Source: Octopus bimaculoides
Lineage: Eukaryota
DNA: 64,000 nucleotides
Reading direction: 5' to 3'
NCBI RefSeq assembly: GCF_001194135.2
Contig: NC_068988.1
Location: 20,730,800-20,794,799 of the forward strand
Part shown: piece by piece, positions 1-13,042 of the stretch
Numbering within the stretch: position 1 is the first letter of the stretch
How the letters are laid out: each line of letters starts with the position of its first letter
Made by a program: the position numbers and the translations under genes
Notes under the pieces: generated by a model
Databases searched by the model: none
What the model was told of the DNA's origin: nothing
The model's input: the letters and a program-made list of their open reading frames with translations, nothing else

Positions 1-35
1 GAAACTGAAAGAAGCCCGTCGTATATATGTATATT

Positions 36-68
<33 letters not shown>

Positions 69-290
69 TTGTGTGTCTGTGTTTGTCCCCCACCCCAACA
101 TCGCTTGACAACCGATGCTGGTGTGTTTACATCCCCGTAACTTAGCGGTTCGGCAAAAAGCGACCGATAGAATAAGTACTAGGCTTCCAAAGAATAATTC
201 CTGGGGTCGATTTGCTCGACTAAAAGGCGGTACTCCAGCATGGCCGCAGTCAAATGACTGAAACAAGTAAAAGAGTAAAAGAGTAAAGAG
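1..290 (+). mobile_element. SINE family A (tRNA-like head, central TA/TG microsatellite, AAAGAGT tail); head cut off by the window edge
   Basis: Body and tail match the complete copies at 4423 and 19550. Confidence 0.9.
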
Positions 291-599
291 AATAATTCAA
301 GCAGAATATGCACTGCTAAAGTACACAGGACACCAGTTCCTTGTAGAGACTGGTCTTTCCTGGAGTTTGAAAAGTGAGGAAGCTGACAGAAGCTGGTCTA
401 GGTGGCAGCTTAGTTTGTTTGAGATGGAAGCAGGCACCAGGAGAAATAGGAGTTTTAGCTAAACAACTTAGCACTAAGAGATCAATACATAATTTTAAGG
501 TGTATGTGTGTGTGTGTAATAGAGGCGGTGGGGATAGATAGAAGTGAGAGGGGAACAGCCTGCTATCATTGTGAAAAGAAATAAGGCTGAAATTAGTGT

Positions 600-838
600 G
601 AAAGAAGAGAGACGAGGAGAGAGGGAAATAAGAGAAAGAAAACAGAAGAAGAAAATGAAAAGCGAGGAGAGAATAAGCGATAAGAGTGAGAAGGAGATGA
701 AGGAAGATGAATAGCAGATGAGAGAGAGAGAGAGAGAGAGAGTGAGGGCAGTGGAGAGAGATTAGAAGAAGTAGAGATAGTGTGGAGAGAATGGGAGAAG
801 AATGAAGAGATCACTAGAGCAAGAAAGAGAGGTGACAG

Positions 839-876
<38 letters not shown>

Positions 877-1823
877 GGTGTGAGAGAAAGGGAGAGAGAG
901 AGAAAAAGAGAGAGAGAGAAAAAGAGAGAGAGAGAAAGAGAAAAGGAGAGAGAGAAAAAGAGAGAGAGAGAAAAAAGAGGGAGAGAGAGAGAGAAAAGAA
1001 AGAGAGAGAGAAAAGAGNNNNNNNNNNNNNNNNNNNNNNNNNNNNNNNNNNNNNNNNNNNNNNNNNNNNNNNNNNNNNNNNNNNNNNNNNNNNNNNNNNN
1101 NNNNNNNNNNNNNNNNNNNNNNNNNNNNNNNNNNNNNNNNNNNNNNNNNNNNNNNNNNNNNNNNNNNNNNNNNNNNNNNNNNNNNNNNNNNNNNNNNNNN
1201 NNNNNNNNNNNNNNNNNNNNNNNNNNNNNNNNNNNNNNNNNNNNNNNNNNNNNNNNNNNNNNNNNNNNNNNNNNNNNNNNNNNNNNNNNNNNNNNNNNNN
1301 NNNNNNNNNNNNNNNNNNNNNNNNNNNNNNNNNNNNNNNNNNNNNNNNNNNNNNNNNNNNNNNNNNNNNNNNNNNNNNNNNNNNNNNNNNNNNNNNNNNN
1401 NNNNNNNNNNNNNNNNNNNNNNNNNNNNNNNNNNNNNNNNNNNNNNNNNNNNNNNNNNNNNNNNNNNNNNNNNNNNNNNNNNNNNNNNNNNNNNNNNNNN
1501 NNNNNNNNNNNNNNNNNNNNNNNNNNNNNNNNNNNNNNNNNNNNNNNNNNNNNNNNNNNNNNNNNNNNNNNNNNNNNNNNNNNNNNNNNNNNNNNNNNNN
1601 NNNNNNNNNNNNNNNNNNNNNNNNNNNNNNNNNNNNNNNNNNNNNNNNNNNNNNNNNNNNNNNNNNNNNNNTGTGCGTGCGTGCATGTCTGTGTGTGTGT
1701 GCATGTCTGTGTGTGTGCGCATATGTCTGTGTGTGTGCACGCATGTCTGTGTGTGTGTGTGTGCATATGTCTGTATGTGTGCGTGTGCATATGTCTGTGT
1801 GTATGTGTGTGTGTGTGTGTGTG
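600..1823. repeat. (GA)-rich and (TG)-rich simple-repeat block around gap 1018-1671
   Basis: Directly visible. Confidence 0.95.
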
Positions 1824-4287
1824 ATCGGGGGGGGGTGATTTTTGCAGCCGCTCCCCTTCTCCTCCATCTCCTCACTGACTACTGCTGTTGCAGCTGCTGT
1901 CATCATCATCGTCGTCGTCGTCATTGCTGCTTCAGCTCCAAGTGATCGTTACCATAGCACAGTAGCAGGTCTCACACACACACACAACACACACACAATT
2001 ATAATAGCAGAGTCATAAGAGATGCTGCTGCTAGCAACAGTACTTCTTTCACCTTCTTCTTTCGCTTAAAACAAGGCTGGATGGATGGATGGATGGATGG
2101 ATGGATGGATGGCTGGCTGCAGTGTGTAATTCTGTTTCTAACACCTGTATCAGAGTAGACGTGGCCTTCCACTGTCTCCCCACCCCCAATTTTTTTTTTT
2201 TTTTTTTGGTGCCTACTTCCACTCTGCTAGCCAAACTAACCAACCAGTGTGTATGCACATGCATGCCACCAGTGGTTTTAAATATGGGTAGTGAAACTGT
2301 GCAACACACAGAATGTACAAGACCGATAGTGTACTTTATTAAGCATTATTATTATAATGCTAGGCAAAAAAGGCTGTCAGGTGGTAATAGGTATTCTGAG
2401 CATCCAAACCGGGTATTCTATAACATTATCATAATAGCAACTAAAATATTCATACAACTGTAGTTGTCGCTGTTCAGCCCCGGGTCAGCCCTGTTAACCA
2501 AAAGTGTTGCAGCCATGATTGTCCCATCTTTCTTTAACATTTTTTCCTTTTTTTTTTTTTTGCAGACAGTAAGCAACAACTACCAATATTCATCGTCGTT
2601 CTCTCCTCTTTTTAAGATTGCAGGTAGGCGTGGTGTGAACTGAAAGGAACTTGGCTACTATTTCCGGCAGAGTGAGCAGCTACATAGGGCCAGCTTCGTG
2701 GGCTTGTGCTTCATATTACAAGCGATATGAATATAAATACAGTACGCTGTGTTTTGCAATTAGGGGAGAAAAATACATTGCCTATAATAAATACACACAG
2801 AGAATATCACCTCTTTCATTCACAGTATATCTGATCAATGATNNNNNNNNNNNNNNNNNNNNNNNNNNNNNNNNNNNNNNNNNNNNNNNNNNNNNNNNNN
2901 NNNNNNNNNNNNNNNNNNNNNNNNNNNNNNNNNNNNNNNNNNNNNNNNNNNNNNNNNNNNNNNNNNNNNNNNNNNNNNNNNNNNNNNNNNNNNNNNNNNN
3001 NNNNNNNNNNNNNNNNNNNNNNNNNNNNNNNNNNNNNNNNNNNNNNNNNNNNNNNNNNNNNNNNNNNNNNNNNNNNNNNNNNNNNNNNNNNNNNNNNNNN
3101 NNNNNNNNNNNNNNNNNNNNNNNNNNNNNNNNNNNNNNNNNNNNNNNNNNNNNNNNNNNNNNNNNNNNNNNNNNNNNNNNNNNNNNNNNNNNNNNNNNNN
3201 NNNNNNNNNNNNNNNNNNNNNNTTTTATTCTTCGTGTATCACCACACACCAGCCCTCACCGAACTTGGCTGCATTAATTTCACTGTACCTCGATTAAATA
3301 CACATTCAAAGTACACTGGGTACAATTATAACTGACATATGCATACACGCACACGCTCTCTCTCTTTCTCTCTCTCTCTCACACACACACACATACGTGA
3401 ATAGCCGGTACCGTAATGCATAAGCCATTAATGGCATGCTACTAAAAATTCTGAATTCTGCTCAACAGATCCTAGTACAGTGTTTCCCAACCTTATTGTT
3501 TAGTCCAACATCCCTTTGATGGCAAGTCGAATAGGACAGCACTTCTCCCTAAAACCTTCCATAGTGATATTGAAAAGAAATTCCCAGCAGCCCCAAAAAA
3601 GGGATTTTAGCAGCCCAGGTTGAGGAAACACAACCTCAGTGTGTTGCTATTATCTATTTAAGCCAACAAAGGAACCTCTACATGAATGCTTGACTTGCTA
3701 GAATTAGCAGCCAACTATCCATAAACTCATGCTGTCTTTAAAAGAAAAGGGAGCACATACTGGAGAATGTGGTCCTAGATACATTAGGTCAGAAACTAGG
3801 AGCCGTGGGTGGAACCCGGGGCTAAACAGCAACAAAAGCAACTAGTATTTACTGTGACATGCATCACACAATTACTGTACTTATTCAAGCCAGTGCTTTG
3901 CTGCTCGGTCTCCTAGAAATAGCAGCTAAATTTTTTCTCTCAAATCAAAACTCACCAACTTAAACAAAGCAAAAATTTATTATATGTGCTAGATTATCCT
4001 AATACAATTGGATGGTCATGGCTAGAATGCTTCTAACAGATCGTTTCTATCAAGACTGACCAATGGCAAAACAGCAACAGCTGTCATTTTATTGATCACT
4101 GCAAAAATAAAAGGCAAATTGAACTCCATTGAAAAATTTGAACTTCAAATCTAAAGAAACTCAACACTGATGTTTTTAGCCAAATGTTCTGCTAGTTCTC
4201 TCAAACTAACACTCCAGGAATTTCTATCTGATTGTTTGACGTGCCAGAAATAGCAGCCTTATCTTCCTCAAATCATTTTTTGCATTA

Positions 4288-4585
4288 CACTAATCCCTCG
4301 CGATATCACAGTTCACCCATCGCGGTTTATGATTTAAGCTTATGTTGATTCCTCTGTGGTGTTGTTTTGCATTTATAATAAAATTAATATATACAAATTT
4401 TAAAAATAATTAAAAAATATACAGGCGCAGGAGTGGCTGTGTGGTAAGTAGCTTGCTTACCAACCACATGGTTCCAGGTTCAGTCCCACTGCTTGGCATC
4501 TTGGGCAAGTGTCTTCTACTATAGCCTTGGGCCGACCAAAGCCTTGTGAGTGGATTTGGTAAACGGAAACTGAAAGAAGCCCGTC

Positions 4586-4647
<62 letters not shown>

Positions 4648-4949
4648 GCGTGTATATGTTTGTGTGTCTGTGTTTGTCCCCCTGGCATCGCCTGACAACC
4701 GATGTTGGTGTGTTTACATCCCTGTAACTTAGCGGTTCGGCAAAAGAGACCGATAGAATAAGTATTAGGCTTCCAAAAAATAAGTCCTGGGGTCGATTTG
4801 CTCGACTAAAGGCGGTGCTCCAGCATGGCCGCAGTCAAATGACTGAAACAAGTAAAAGAGTAAAAGAGAGTACTGTTTCTACTCCACGGATTTTCACCTA
4901 TCGCGTGGGGGTGGGGAACGTAACACCTGTGATAGTCAAGGGATTACTG
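4288..4949. mobile_element. Tigger-like MITE interrupted by SINE A (4423-4870)
   Basis: The ends cactaatccctcgcgatatcac and gtgatagtcaagggattactg are imperfect inverted repeats. Confidence 0.65.
4423..4870 (+). mobile_element. SINE family A, full length
   Basis: Head aggcgcaggagtggctgtgtggtaag...ggttcagtccc (A-box/B-box-like), central (TA)n, tail gactgaaacaagtaaaagagtaaaagag. Confidence 0.9.
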
Positions 4950-5314
4950 CATTACAAAAGTGAAGGACACACTGGATCATAGAAATAATATATTTCTAAA
5001 TCTCTCAGAGAGATTTATGCAGTAGCAGCAAGATAAAGTGATGGCATGTTGTCAACTTAATGTGACAGTCCCATAAAAAGGGAAGAATGCTACTGTTATT
5101 TAGCCCTAGAAAACACCGTTTCCTGTTGGACTTGACACATTTCCTGTGTCCTCATGTTTTCAAAGTGGAGACAAGCACCTCCACCAAGCAATACAGTTTA
5201 TATATGATATAATCAAACTCCCTCAGTTATATAGGACTGCTAGATCAAACCTGATCTGGAAAAAACAACTACCACCATAACCTTACCACGGGTTAAAGTT
5301 CTAAATTGAAAGTT

Positions 5315-5471
5315 AGTGGCTGTGTGGTATGTAGTTTGCTTACCAACCACATAGTTTCAGGTTCAGTCCCACTGCGTGGCACCTTGAGCAAGTGTCTTCT
5401 ACTATAGCCTCAGGCCGACTAAAGCCTTGTGAGTGGATTTGGTAGACGGAAACTGAAAGAAGCCCATCATA

Positions 5472-5515
<44 letters not shown>

Positions 5516-5725
5516 TGTGTGTCTGTGTTTGTCCCTCCAGCATCGCTTGACAACCGATGTTGGTGTGTTTATGTCCCCCATAACTTAGCGGTTTGGCAAA
5601 AGAGACCGATAGAATAAGTACTAGGCTTCCAAAGAATAAGTCCTGGGGGTCGATTTGCTCGACTAAAAGGCGGTGCTCCAGCATGGCCGTAGTCAAATGA
5701 CTGAAACAAGTAAAAGAGTAAAGAG
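5315..5725 (+). mobile_element. SINE family A
   Basis: Colinear with 4423-4870. Confidence 0.9.
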
Positions 5726-6065
5726 TATGTCCATAATGACAATGTGAAGGCCACAGCTAAAACAGTGAAAAAAACAATCATAGAAGGGCTGTTGCCATAC
5801 CAGACTTTTATTTATTTATTTATTTATTATCCCAGGTAAGACAATGCCACGTCATATCTGATATGGTACATCTGTATTCGATCAGTTACTATGTTCAAGT
5901 GTTAAAACTGTCTGGAGTTGCATAACAAAAGGCTGATAACTAATGAACAAAAGTGCTACATGTATGGTGTGAGCTGCTCATTAACCAAATAATAAGTATA
6001 TTAACAAAGTGCTTTTGTTTCATTCATACTAAGAAGAAGTGAAGTGTTATCCTGATGTGGATTAA

Positions 6066-6402
6066 CCATTTTGATACCAACCAGTCAAAGCTCTGTGATA
6101 CAAGCTTCCTGTTTTAAAGAAATCTACAGGGTGTCCATAAAGTCTGGGTACATGGGGATAAACACATACTTAAAGAAATTATTATTTCTTGTATTTAACT
6201 GTTAATGATTTTATTTACTCCATGTACCCAGACTTTGTGGACACCCTGTAGATTAAAATTCTTCCAACAAAATTTCATACTAATTTACATTTTCAAACAT
6301 CAGCTTTATAATGAGAAAGTTATTTTACTAAATTTTCCATCTTTTTCAAAATCATTTGAAACGAAGGGAATATATTTTGACAGAAATATGGTAATGAAAG
6401 GG
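6066..6402. mobile_element. piggyBac-like MITE hosting the 122-bp MITE
   Basis: TTAA-CCATTTTGATACC ... GGTAATGAAAGGG-TTCA. Related ends at ~38310-38493 and 61540-61700. Confidence 0.6.
6127..6248. mobile_element. 122-bp Tc1/mariner-type MITE
   Basis: 29-bp TIR CAGGGTGTCCA(T/C)AAAGTCTGGGTACATGG with one mismatch, flanked by TA at 6125-6126 and 6249-6250. Confidence 0.9.
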
Positions 6403-7042
6403 TTCAGTATCTTCTCTTATTTGGTTGCATCCCTTTTATAGGCAAATATCACAAAGTCATCTCAACCATTTGATTTTCTGGGGTCAATAAAATAAGTTTC
6501 TTTTCTTTTTCTTTTAATAACTTTATCAAAAGATGCAGCCATACTCATAACTTTGCAGGCCCTCCCAGACTTCTCAGATTGAGGGATCAGATATCCAGTC
6601 TGAATTTCTGCCAGAAACACACAGTTAAGGAGGGGACAAAGTCTTGTACAGATGCTTGCAACAGAGTAAACTTTGATAAAAATTCCCAAAGACCTGCTAA
6701 GTTATTTAAACCAGGTTGCATGTTAAGCCTGCCACCAAGTTATTTTGTAATTTGTCATTACCCCCATCATCTTTACACCTGTTTCAAGGTGCGACAATAC
6801 CTATGATCTTAGTTTCCTTCATCATTTTATCAATTACAACAATGTCTGGTCTCTGAGCATCAATCGCTCAATCTCATTGAATTGTAAGATTCTACAAGAT
6901 CTTATACACATTATTCTCATCAACATCTGGTTATGCTTGTACCATTTCAATGTCCTTTCAAGGCTGTACTTCTCACACAATCTCGAATTAACATATACTT
7001 AGCTATGTTGTTGTTGTTATTATTATTATTATTATTATTATT

Positions 7043-7093
7043 GAGAGAGAGAGAGAGAGCAGCACATGCCATCAAAGTGACACTGGGGTACAA

Positions 7094-7130
<37 letters not shown>

Positions 7131-7173
7131 GAGAGAGAGCAGCACGTCATCAAAGTGACATTGGGGTACAAAT
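7043..7173 (-). mobile_element. Two tandem ~45-bp terminal fragments of the 550-bp element within an (ATT)n tract
   Basis: gagagagcagcacatgccatcaaagtgacactggggtacaaat (to 7095) and a second copy at 7131-7173 are reverse complements of the end of 54043-54582. Confidence 0.75.
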
Positions 7174-7194
7174 ATTGTTATTATTAATATTATT

Positions 7195-7488
7195 CATCAT
7201 CATCATCGTTTAACGTCCGCTTTCCATGCTAGCGTGGGTTGGACGATTTGACTGAGGACTAGCAAGCCAGAAGGCTTCACCAGGCTCCAATCTGATCTGG
7301 CAGAGTTTCTACAGCTGGATGTACTTCCTAACACCAACCACTCCGAGAGTGTAGTGGGTGCTTTTACGTGCCACCAGCACGAGGGCCAGCCACACGGTAC
7401 TGGCAACAGCCACGCTCAAAAAGGTGTTTTTTACGTGCCACCTGCACGGGAGCCAGTCCAGCGGCACTGGCAAAGACCTCGCTCGAAT
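7195..7488 (-). mobile_element. Family C, (GAT)n-tailed RTE-3'-related repeat
   Basis: catcatcatcgtttaacgtccgctttccatgctagc...ctcgctcgaat. Other copies: 9312-9510(-), 21510-21712(-), 37222-37390(+), 43728-43935(-), 51705-51952(+), 59410-59527(+). Confidence 0.85.
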
Positions 7489-7587
7489 GATTTTCTAACG
7501 TTACTTGTATTCACATCATACATTGCTCTGCACACAAAAGATTTTTCTTAATGTAAACCCTTGTGGTTAATAAAGAAATCATTATTA

Positions 7588-7623
<36 letters not shown>

Positions 7624-7779
7624 CAGAAATGAGCTGAGAGGAGGCTATTCCTGAAATGGCAAGCAGAAATGGTAGACATGTACATCACTTTTCTTATACA
7701 CTACCACTTGACCATCATGCCATGCCATCAATTTTGTTTGACAATACTGATGCATCTATTCTTTTGCATCTTGTAGAAG

Positions 7780-8460
7780 GGGGCACATCCTAATGGTCAG
7801 GTCGTTGACCTGCCGCCAAGATCCTCTAAACTGGGGAACTATTGATGAACACATCTTGTCTCCTCACTGGAACTGCAGTCCTGAGTCAAGCAAAGACCAA
7901 GACTACATGTCTGGTATTTGGAATGTTGCTAGGCACCCAAAGCCATCTACCAGCCAGGTAACACAAGGGGTGGAACTTCCATGATAGTTTTCAATAAAGG
8001 ACTAGTGGTGAAGAAGAAGAAGAAGATTCATGGGTAAACTCTGAGTAGACTGGCTGTCCTGTTTTGGAAGACTTTCAGTCCAAAGACCATAGATGACTTC
8101 CAGAAATCCCTAACCTGATACAGCCACTGGGGCTCACTGTCAGTTCAAAACAACCTCTACAGGCATGTAATATGCTGTTAGCCTGATCTGTCTGAAATGT
8201 GAGCAGAGTAATGAAACCATTCTGCATACATTCATTCAGTGTCCCAAGAATTGTTAACTTGCAGATCATGTCAAACAGCTATTACTACCCATTGGATGGA
8301 TTTGACCACTGGCCAAGTCCATTGTGAAGATTGTTCCACCACTTTCCAGGAAGGACAAGCAGTTTTCTTCTGTCTACTATTTATAGAATGTGGTTGTATA
8401 GGAGACACAACTGAAGGGACTAAGATCAAATACTTTTCTATTAGCCCACTTAAGGAGGAA
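7780..8460 (+). mobile_element. Degenerate L1/Tx1-type LINE, ORF2 C-terminal relic
   Basis: CLKCEQSNETILHTFIQCP zinc knuckle at 8189-8245, preceded by LFWKTFSPKTIDDFQKSL*...LSVQNNLYRH. Contains stops and frameshifts. Confidence 0.7.
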
Positions 8461-9887
8461 GATATATTTAATTATTTAAGAGTGGAAATATATTTAATTA
8501 TTATGTTAGATGGGAATGAGAGCTACTTGCCATAAAGTTGACACTACAAAGGCACTTCGCTACTACTTTTACCAGACATCAAAAAAACAAAATTTAAAAA
8601 GAAACTTTGAGGGAGAGAGATACAACAATTTCATCAGTAGAAGGATTTTTCTGCAGGAGTGGAGATTCAATTAGGTGTAGAATATGGCTGAATGTTTTCC
8701 TGTCAGTGCCAAAGCTCTGAATCACTAACTCACTAAGATGTTTTTTAAGGTATATTACAATCCCACCTGACGAACAGATTTTAAAATCATTTAGCAGAGA
8801 AACCATCAAATATTAACTGAGACATAACCTGGATTCTTTTAATTATGCCTAACAAACACACAAACACAAAGATGTGGACAAACAGAGAATATACAGACAG
8901 ACAAATATACTTATATACATTCAGAAATAGATATTTCTTGAAACTCATGAACTCCCAAATACCTCCAGACAATATAATGAAACATACACAACACAATACA
9001 ATATAACACATGATACAATGCACACAATACATACATGAGTACAAATGTAACTCTCATATACTGAACACATACGTTTTCTGTTTAAATGATATCAACATCT
9101 GATTTCTATTGTTATCATAGTAAGGCAGTGGATTATCACTTTCAGCCATCTTGAAAAAAAAAAGCGAAGGACAGATGAGATAATGTAGTCTTAGAAAACC
9201 TTATAAAAGACAAGATGGCCATGGTTGGAATGCCTTTGATCATAAGTTTGCTCGGTCAAGATTGACCCATAGCTAGGTAACAACACATATTCATAGAACA
9301 CACAAACCTGCTGTCATTATTTAACGTCTGCTTTCCATGCTAGCATGGGTTGGACGATTTGACTGGGGACTAGCGAACCAGATGGTTACACCAGACTCCA
9401 ATCTGATCTGGCAGGGTTTCTACAGCTGGATGCTCTTCCTAACGCCAACCACTCCAAAAGTGTAGTGAGTGTTTTTTACATGCCACCGGCACGAGGGAGG
9501 GCCAGCCTGGCGGGGCTGTCTTTGCATATAATATAAACATTGCTCATTTTGTTTAATGTGTTGGAGTCATCTTTTTACACACTGCCGGACACTGCACATC
9601 ACACATACATCTGCTGCCATGTTGATTACACCAGAACAAATTAACAGTTTCCCTAAACAAAACTACTACTGTTTCCATTACTCATGAACAACACTAAAGA
9701 ACACCATGCTATACTCTATACCACGCTGAGCAACATAATCTAACAAACACAAGTTTCAAAAGCACAACAATACATCATTGTCATTTACGAAATGCAGAGG
9801 AGAAATATAATTTATAAATAGGCAGAAATCACTTATAACAGATCAACAGATTCACCTGATATTGGATACATGTGAATAAAGGGCTTA

Positions 9888-10692
9888 TCCCTTTAGTATT
9901 TAAAACATACATATCTGGCCATTCACACCTTTAGAATGACCTACAATGTCATTCTAAAAATAAACAATTATATCATCAAAATCTTAAAGCTATGGAATAA
10001 TGCATGATTATTGTAAAAACCCATGTAATTTACGCATTTTTTCGCAAACTTAAAAATAAACTTTAGGAGTGCATAAATTACATGAGATCATTTCCAGAAT
10101 TTTTTTAGAAATTTATTTCATTGAAAAAAGATGTACAAAACATAAACAGTCGTAATGGAAGTTGACCCATTTAGTGTCAGAATAGGTTTTTACACAAAAA
10201 ATAAGGGCTTAAATATAATGAAGTTGACTTTTATTTATGCGGGACGGTATAATTCTTACTTTTTCTGTATACATTTACTAAAACCATTTAATGGTTATCT
10301 ATTTCCTGAAGTCTGATATTCATGCTGCTAATCACGGTCTGGGCCATATTATTATAAACGACACAAACACTTTGTAATTTAATAGCTTTTAATGTGATAC
10401 CTGTTAAACAGAAATTATTTTTATTTAATGAAGATTTAATAAAATCTAATCATAAGTGAAATTATGCTAAATGCAACTAAATTGAAAACTTTTCCCCCTG
10501 GCCATATAAGCAATTCTGAAAACTTCTGGATGTAAATTTTACATGAGTAGAAGTTTTTTTTAACAAATTTTATCCTGAAAATTACCTGCATAAATTACAA
10601 ATAGCGCAAATTACATGGGTTTTTATGGTAATTGAAAATAATGATAATACATAAGCGTTACATTTGACAGAATAATCCAAATGTTAAAGGGT
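9888..10692. mobile_element. piggyBac-like MITE (CCCTTTAG...AAAGGG/TTAA) interrupted by a pogo/Tc2-type MITE
   Basis: The host sequence rejoins as gcatgat-TA-attgaaa once the insert is removed. Uninterrupted relatives at ~11155-11377, 18275-18493 and 39144-39362. Confidence 0.75.
10011..10628. mobile_element. pogo/Tc2-type MITE with TA target duplication
   Basis: 22-bp inverted repeat TAAAAACCCATGTAATTT(A/G)CGC with one mismatch. TA at 10009-10010 and 10629-10630. Confidence 0.8.
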
Positions 10693-11849
10693 TAATGATG
10701 TGGAGTGGTCTGTGGTACCCAACAACCATCACATGCAGACCACAACCAGACTAGAGTTCAAATCAAATAGCAAGATGGAGTAAGATGAAAAGCTTGACAA
10801 CCTTGTGTCCACAAGGCAAAATATCCAAACCACAAAAACACTTAACCCTTTAGTATTCCGATTATTTTGTTAAATGTAAAGCTTATTTATTCACCTTCTT
10901 TAAAGTTAATAATTTATTATCTTGTAGCTTTAAGATTGCAAGGTTAAACACCTTTCAAGCACATACTAGCATACTTGATCACAATAATAAAAGAATACTA
11001 ATTTAAAAATAGTTCACAGGTCATGGACAATATTTGCCACTTCTACGTGGGAACCTTCAACTTTACGGTACATTTTCACACAACAGAATTACACACCTTA
11101 CTATCATGCAATACAATTTTTTTCCTGACTCAGTTGAAAAAAACACCCCAATACTTGAGCATTCAGATTACTCTGTCAAGCATAATGCTTATTCATTCAC
11201 ACTGTTTTCAGTTGATTATGCATTATCTCATAACCGTTGAGATTTCAATGATGTGATAATGTATTTTTAGAATGACATTGTAAGGTAGGTGTGAGAGGCC
11301 AGATCTTGTTGGTTTGAACATAAAAACAGGTAGAATATTTGGGCTGGATATGGTTGGTTTAAATGCTAAAGGATTAATGAATTATGAGAAAACCCAAGGA
11401 TTGTGCATCAACCAAATCTCCTTTGAATACCACTCATGAAATAACAGGTCTAGAAAACAGCTGGACAAACATATCCTGAATAATACAGCGTAGCCCCAAA
11501 AGTTTTCACACTGCATTACATACAGGATAACTTGTGCACTTTGGCATGTAGGTGGCTATCAAATGCTCATTCAATCCAACTGTATCTATTCTAACAATGG
11601 GAGTACAGACAAACAGACAGACAATTCTGGACTCACATCGTACACAACAACTTTTCTAGTTTGACACTTTAATATATCTTATACAGTGAAATCTAGTTAT
11701 GCCAACAAAGCAATGAAGTATTCTCCCTAGACAAATACTAGCTAAGAAATATAGGATGTCTAGTATATGTAAAGTTGGAAGTAGGTTAAATAGATCCCTT
11801 ATTAAGTAATAACATTAAAATCAGTGGGTTTTATAATTATACATATCAC

Positions 11850-12382
11850 AGGCGTAGGAGTGGCTGTGTGGTAAGTAGCTTGCTTACGAAACACATGGTA
11901 CCGGGTTTAGACCTACTGAGTGGCACCTTGGGCAAGTGTCTTCTACTATAGCCTTGGGCCGACCAAAGCCTTGTGAGTGGATTTGGTAGACGGAAACTGA
12001 AAGAAGCTCGTCGTATATATGTATATATATATATATATATATNNNNNNNNNNNNNNNNNNNNNNNNNNNNNNNNNNNNNNNNNNNNNNNNNNNNNNNNNN
12101 NNNNNNNNNNNNNNNNNNNNNNNNNNNNNNNNNNNNNNNNNNNNNNNNNNNNNNNNNNNNNNNNNNNNNNNNNNNNNNNNNNNNNNTTTGTCCCCACCAA
12201 CATCGCTTGACAACCGATGCTGGTGTGTTTACGTCCCTGTTACTTAGCAGTTCGGCAAAAGAGGCTGATAGAATAAGTACTCAGCTTCCAAAGAATAAGT
12301 CCTGGGGTCGATTTGCTCGACTAAAGGTGATGCTCCAGCATGGCCGCAGTCAAATGACTGAAACAAGTAAAAGAGTAAAGAG
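11850..12382 (+). mobile_element. SINE family A; N-gap (12043-12186) inside its microsatellite
   Basis: Head and tail flank the gap. Confidence 0.9.
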
Positions 12383-12827
12383 TGAGAATAATGTAATGGT
12401 GTCTGGTGCATGGTGTACCTCTCTCAAGTTGTTAGCATGAACAATAAGAGAGTTTTCTCAAACAAGTAGTTTCTTTTTTTTTCACTCTGTTGAAATCAAA
12501 TCCTCTTATGGTCAACGAATCAACATAACAAATTATATGCCGTGTCTAACAAAGAAATCAACATCCATTATCAAGAGGTAGAATTTAGATGACAAGAGTT
12601 GCTAATGTGATGATTTAACTGGGTCGTGTTTTCAAAACCAATCAAGGGATTTACATTGTGCCACCATAAAACATGACACATTAATCTGCTTTGATTACTG
12701 ATATGAGTTTACTTAGAAAGAAGATTAGTTACACTCACTTGCTGAATAACTATCTGGAGCAAGAAATTCAGTCAGCTGTAAACCAGCTGCTTCAACACTA
12801 TGTGCAAACATGAGCCAGTGAGGAAGC

Positions 12828-13042
12828 CTCTAGTTGGTTGCTTGACCTACTAAATACAGCAGCTAAATCACTCTCAAATTACATTCCGATTGTCTTAAAA
12901 AGAAGAGATGTGCATAGCAAGGATAATACAGTTCTGGATACTTGGGTACTTTATACTTTAAACAAAGACAAGGTGATATTAGCTTGAATGTCTTTAATTA
13001 AAGGTTTGCTCAATCAGAGCTGAACTGAAGCTAAACAACAAA
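12828..13042 (+). mobile_element. Old repeat family E (gaaatagcagccaaatctc...gctaaacaacaac tail); representative copy
   Basis: Similar diverged copies at ~3690-3842, 3900-4080, 9130-9290, 30170-30270, 31870-32010, 33075-33260 and 63140-63350, with minus copies at ~49380-49530 and 59050-59130. Confidence 0.65.

Noticed and set aside
593-1945. Long ORFs (up to 443 aa) in several frames
   Set aside because: They run through N-gaps and (GA)/(CA) repeats, which lack stops. The same applies to the ORFs at 2651-3335, 11884-12440, 14696-15460, 21270-21709, 45902-46651, 47378-48306 and 62132-62577.
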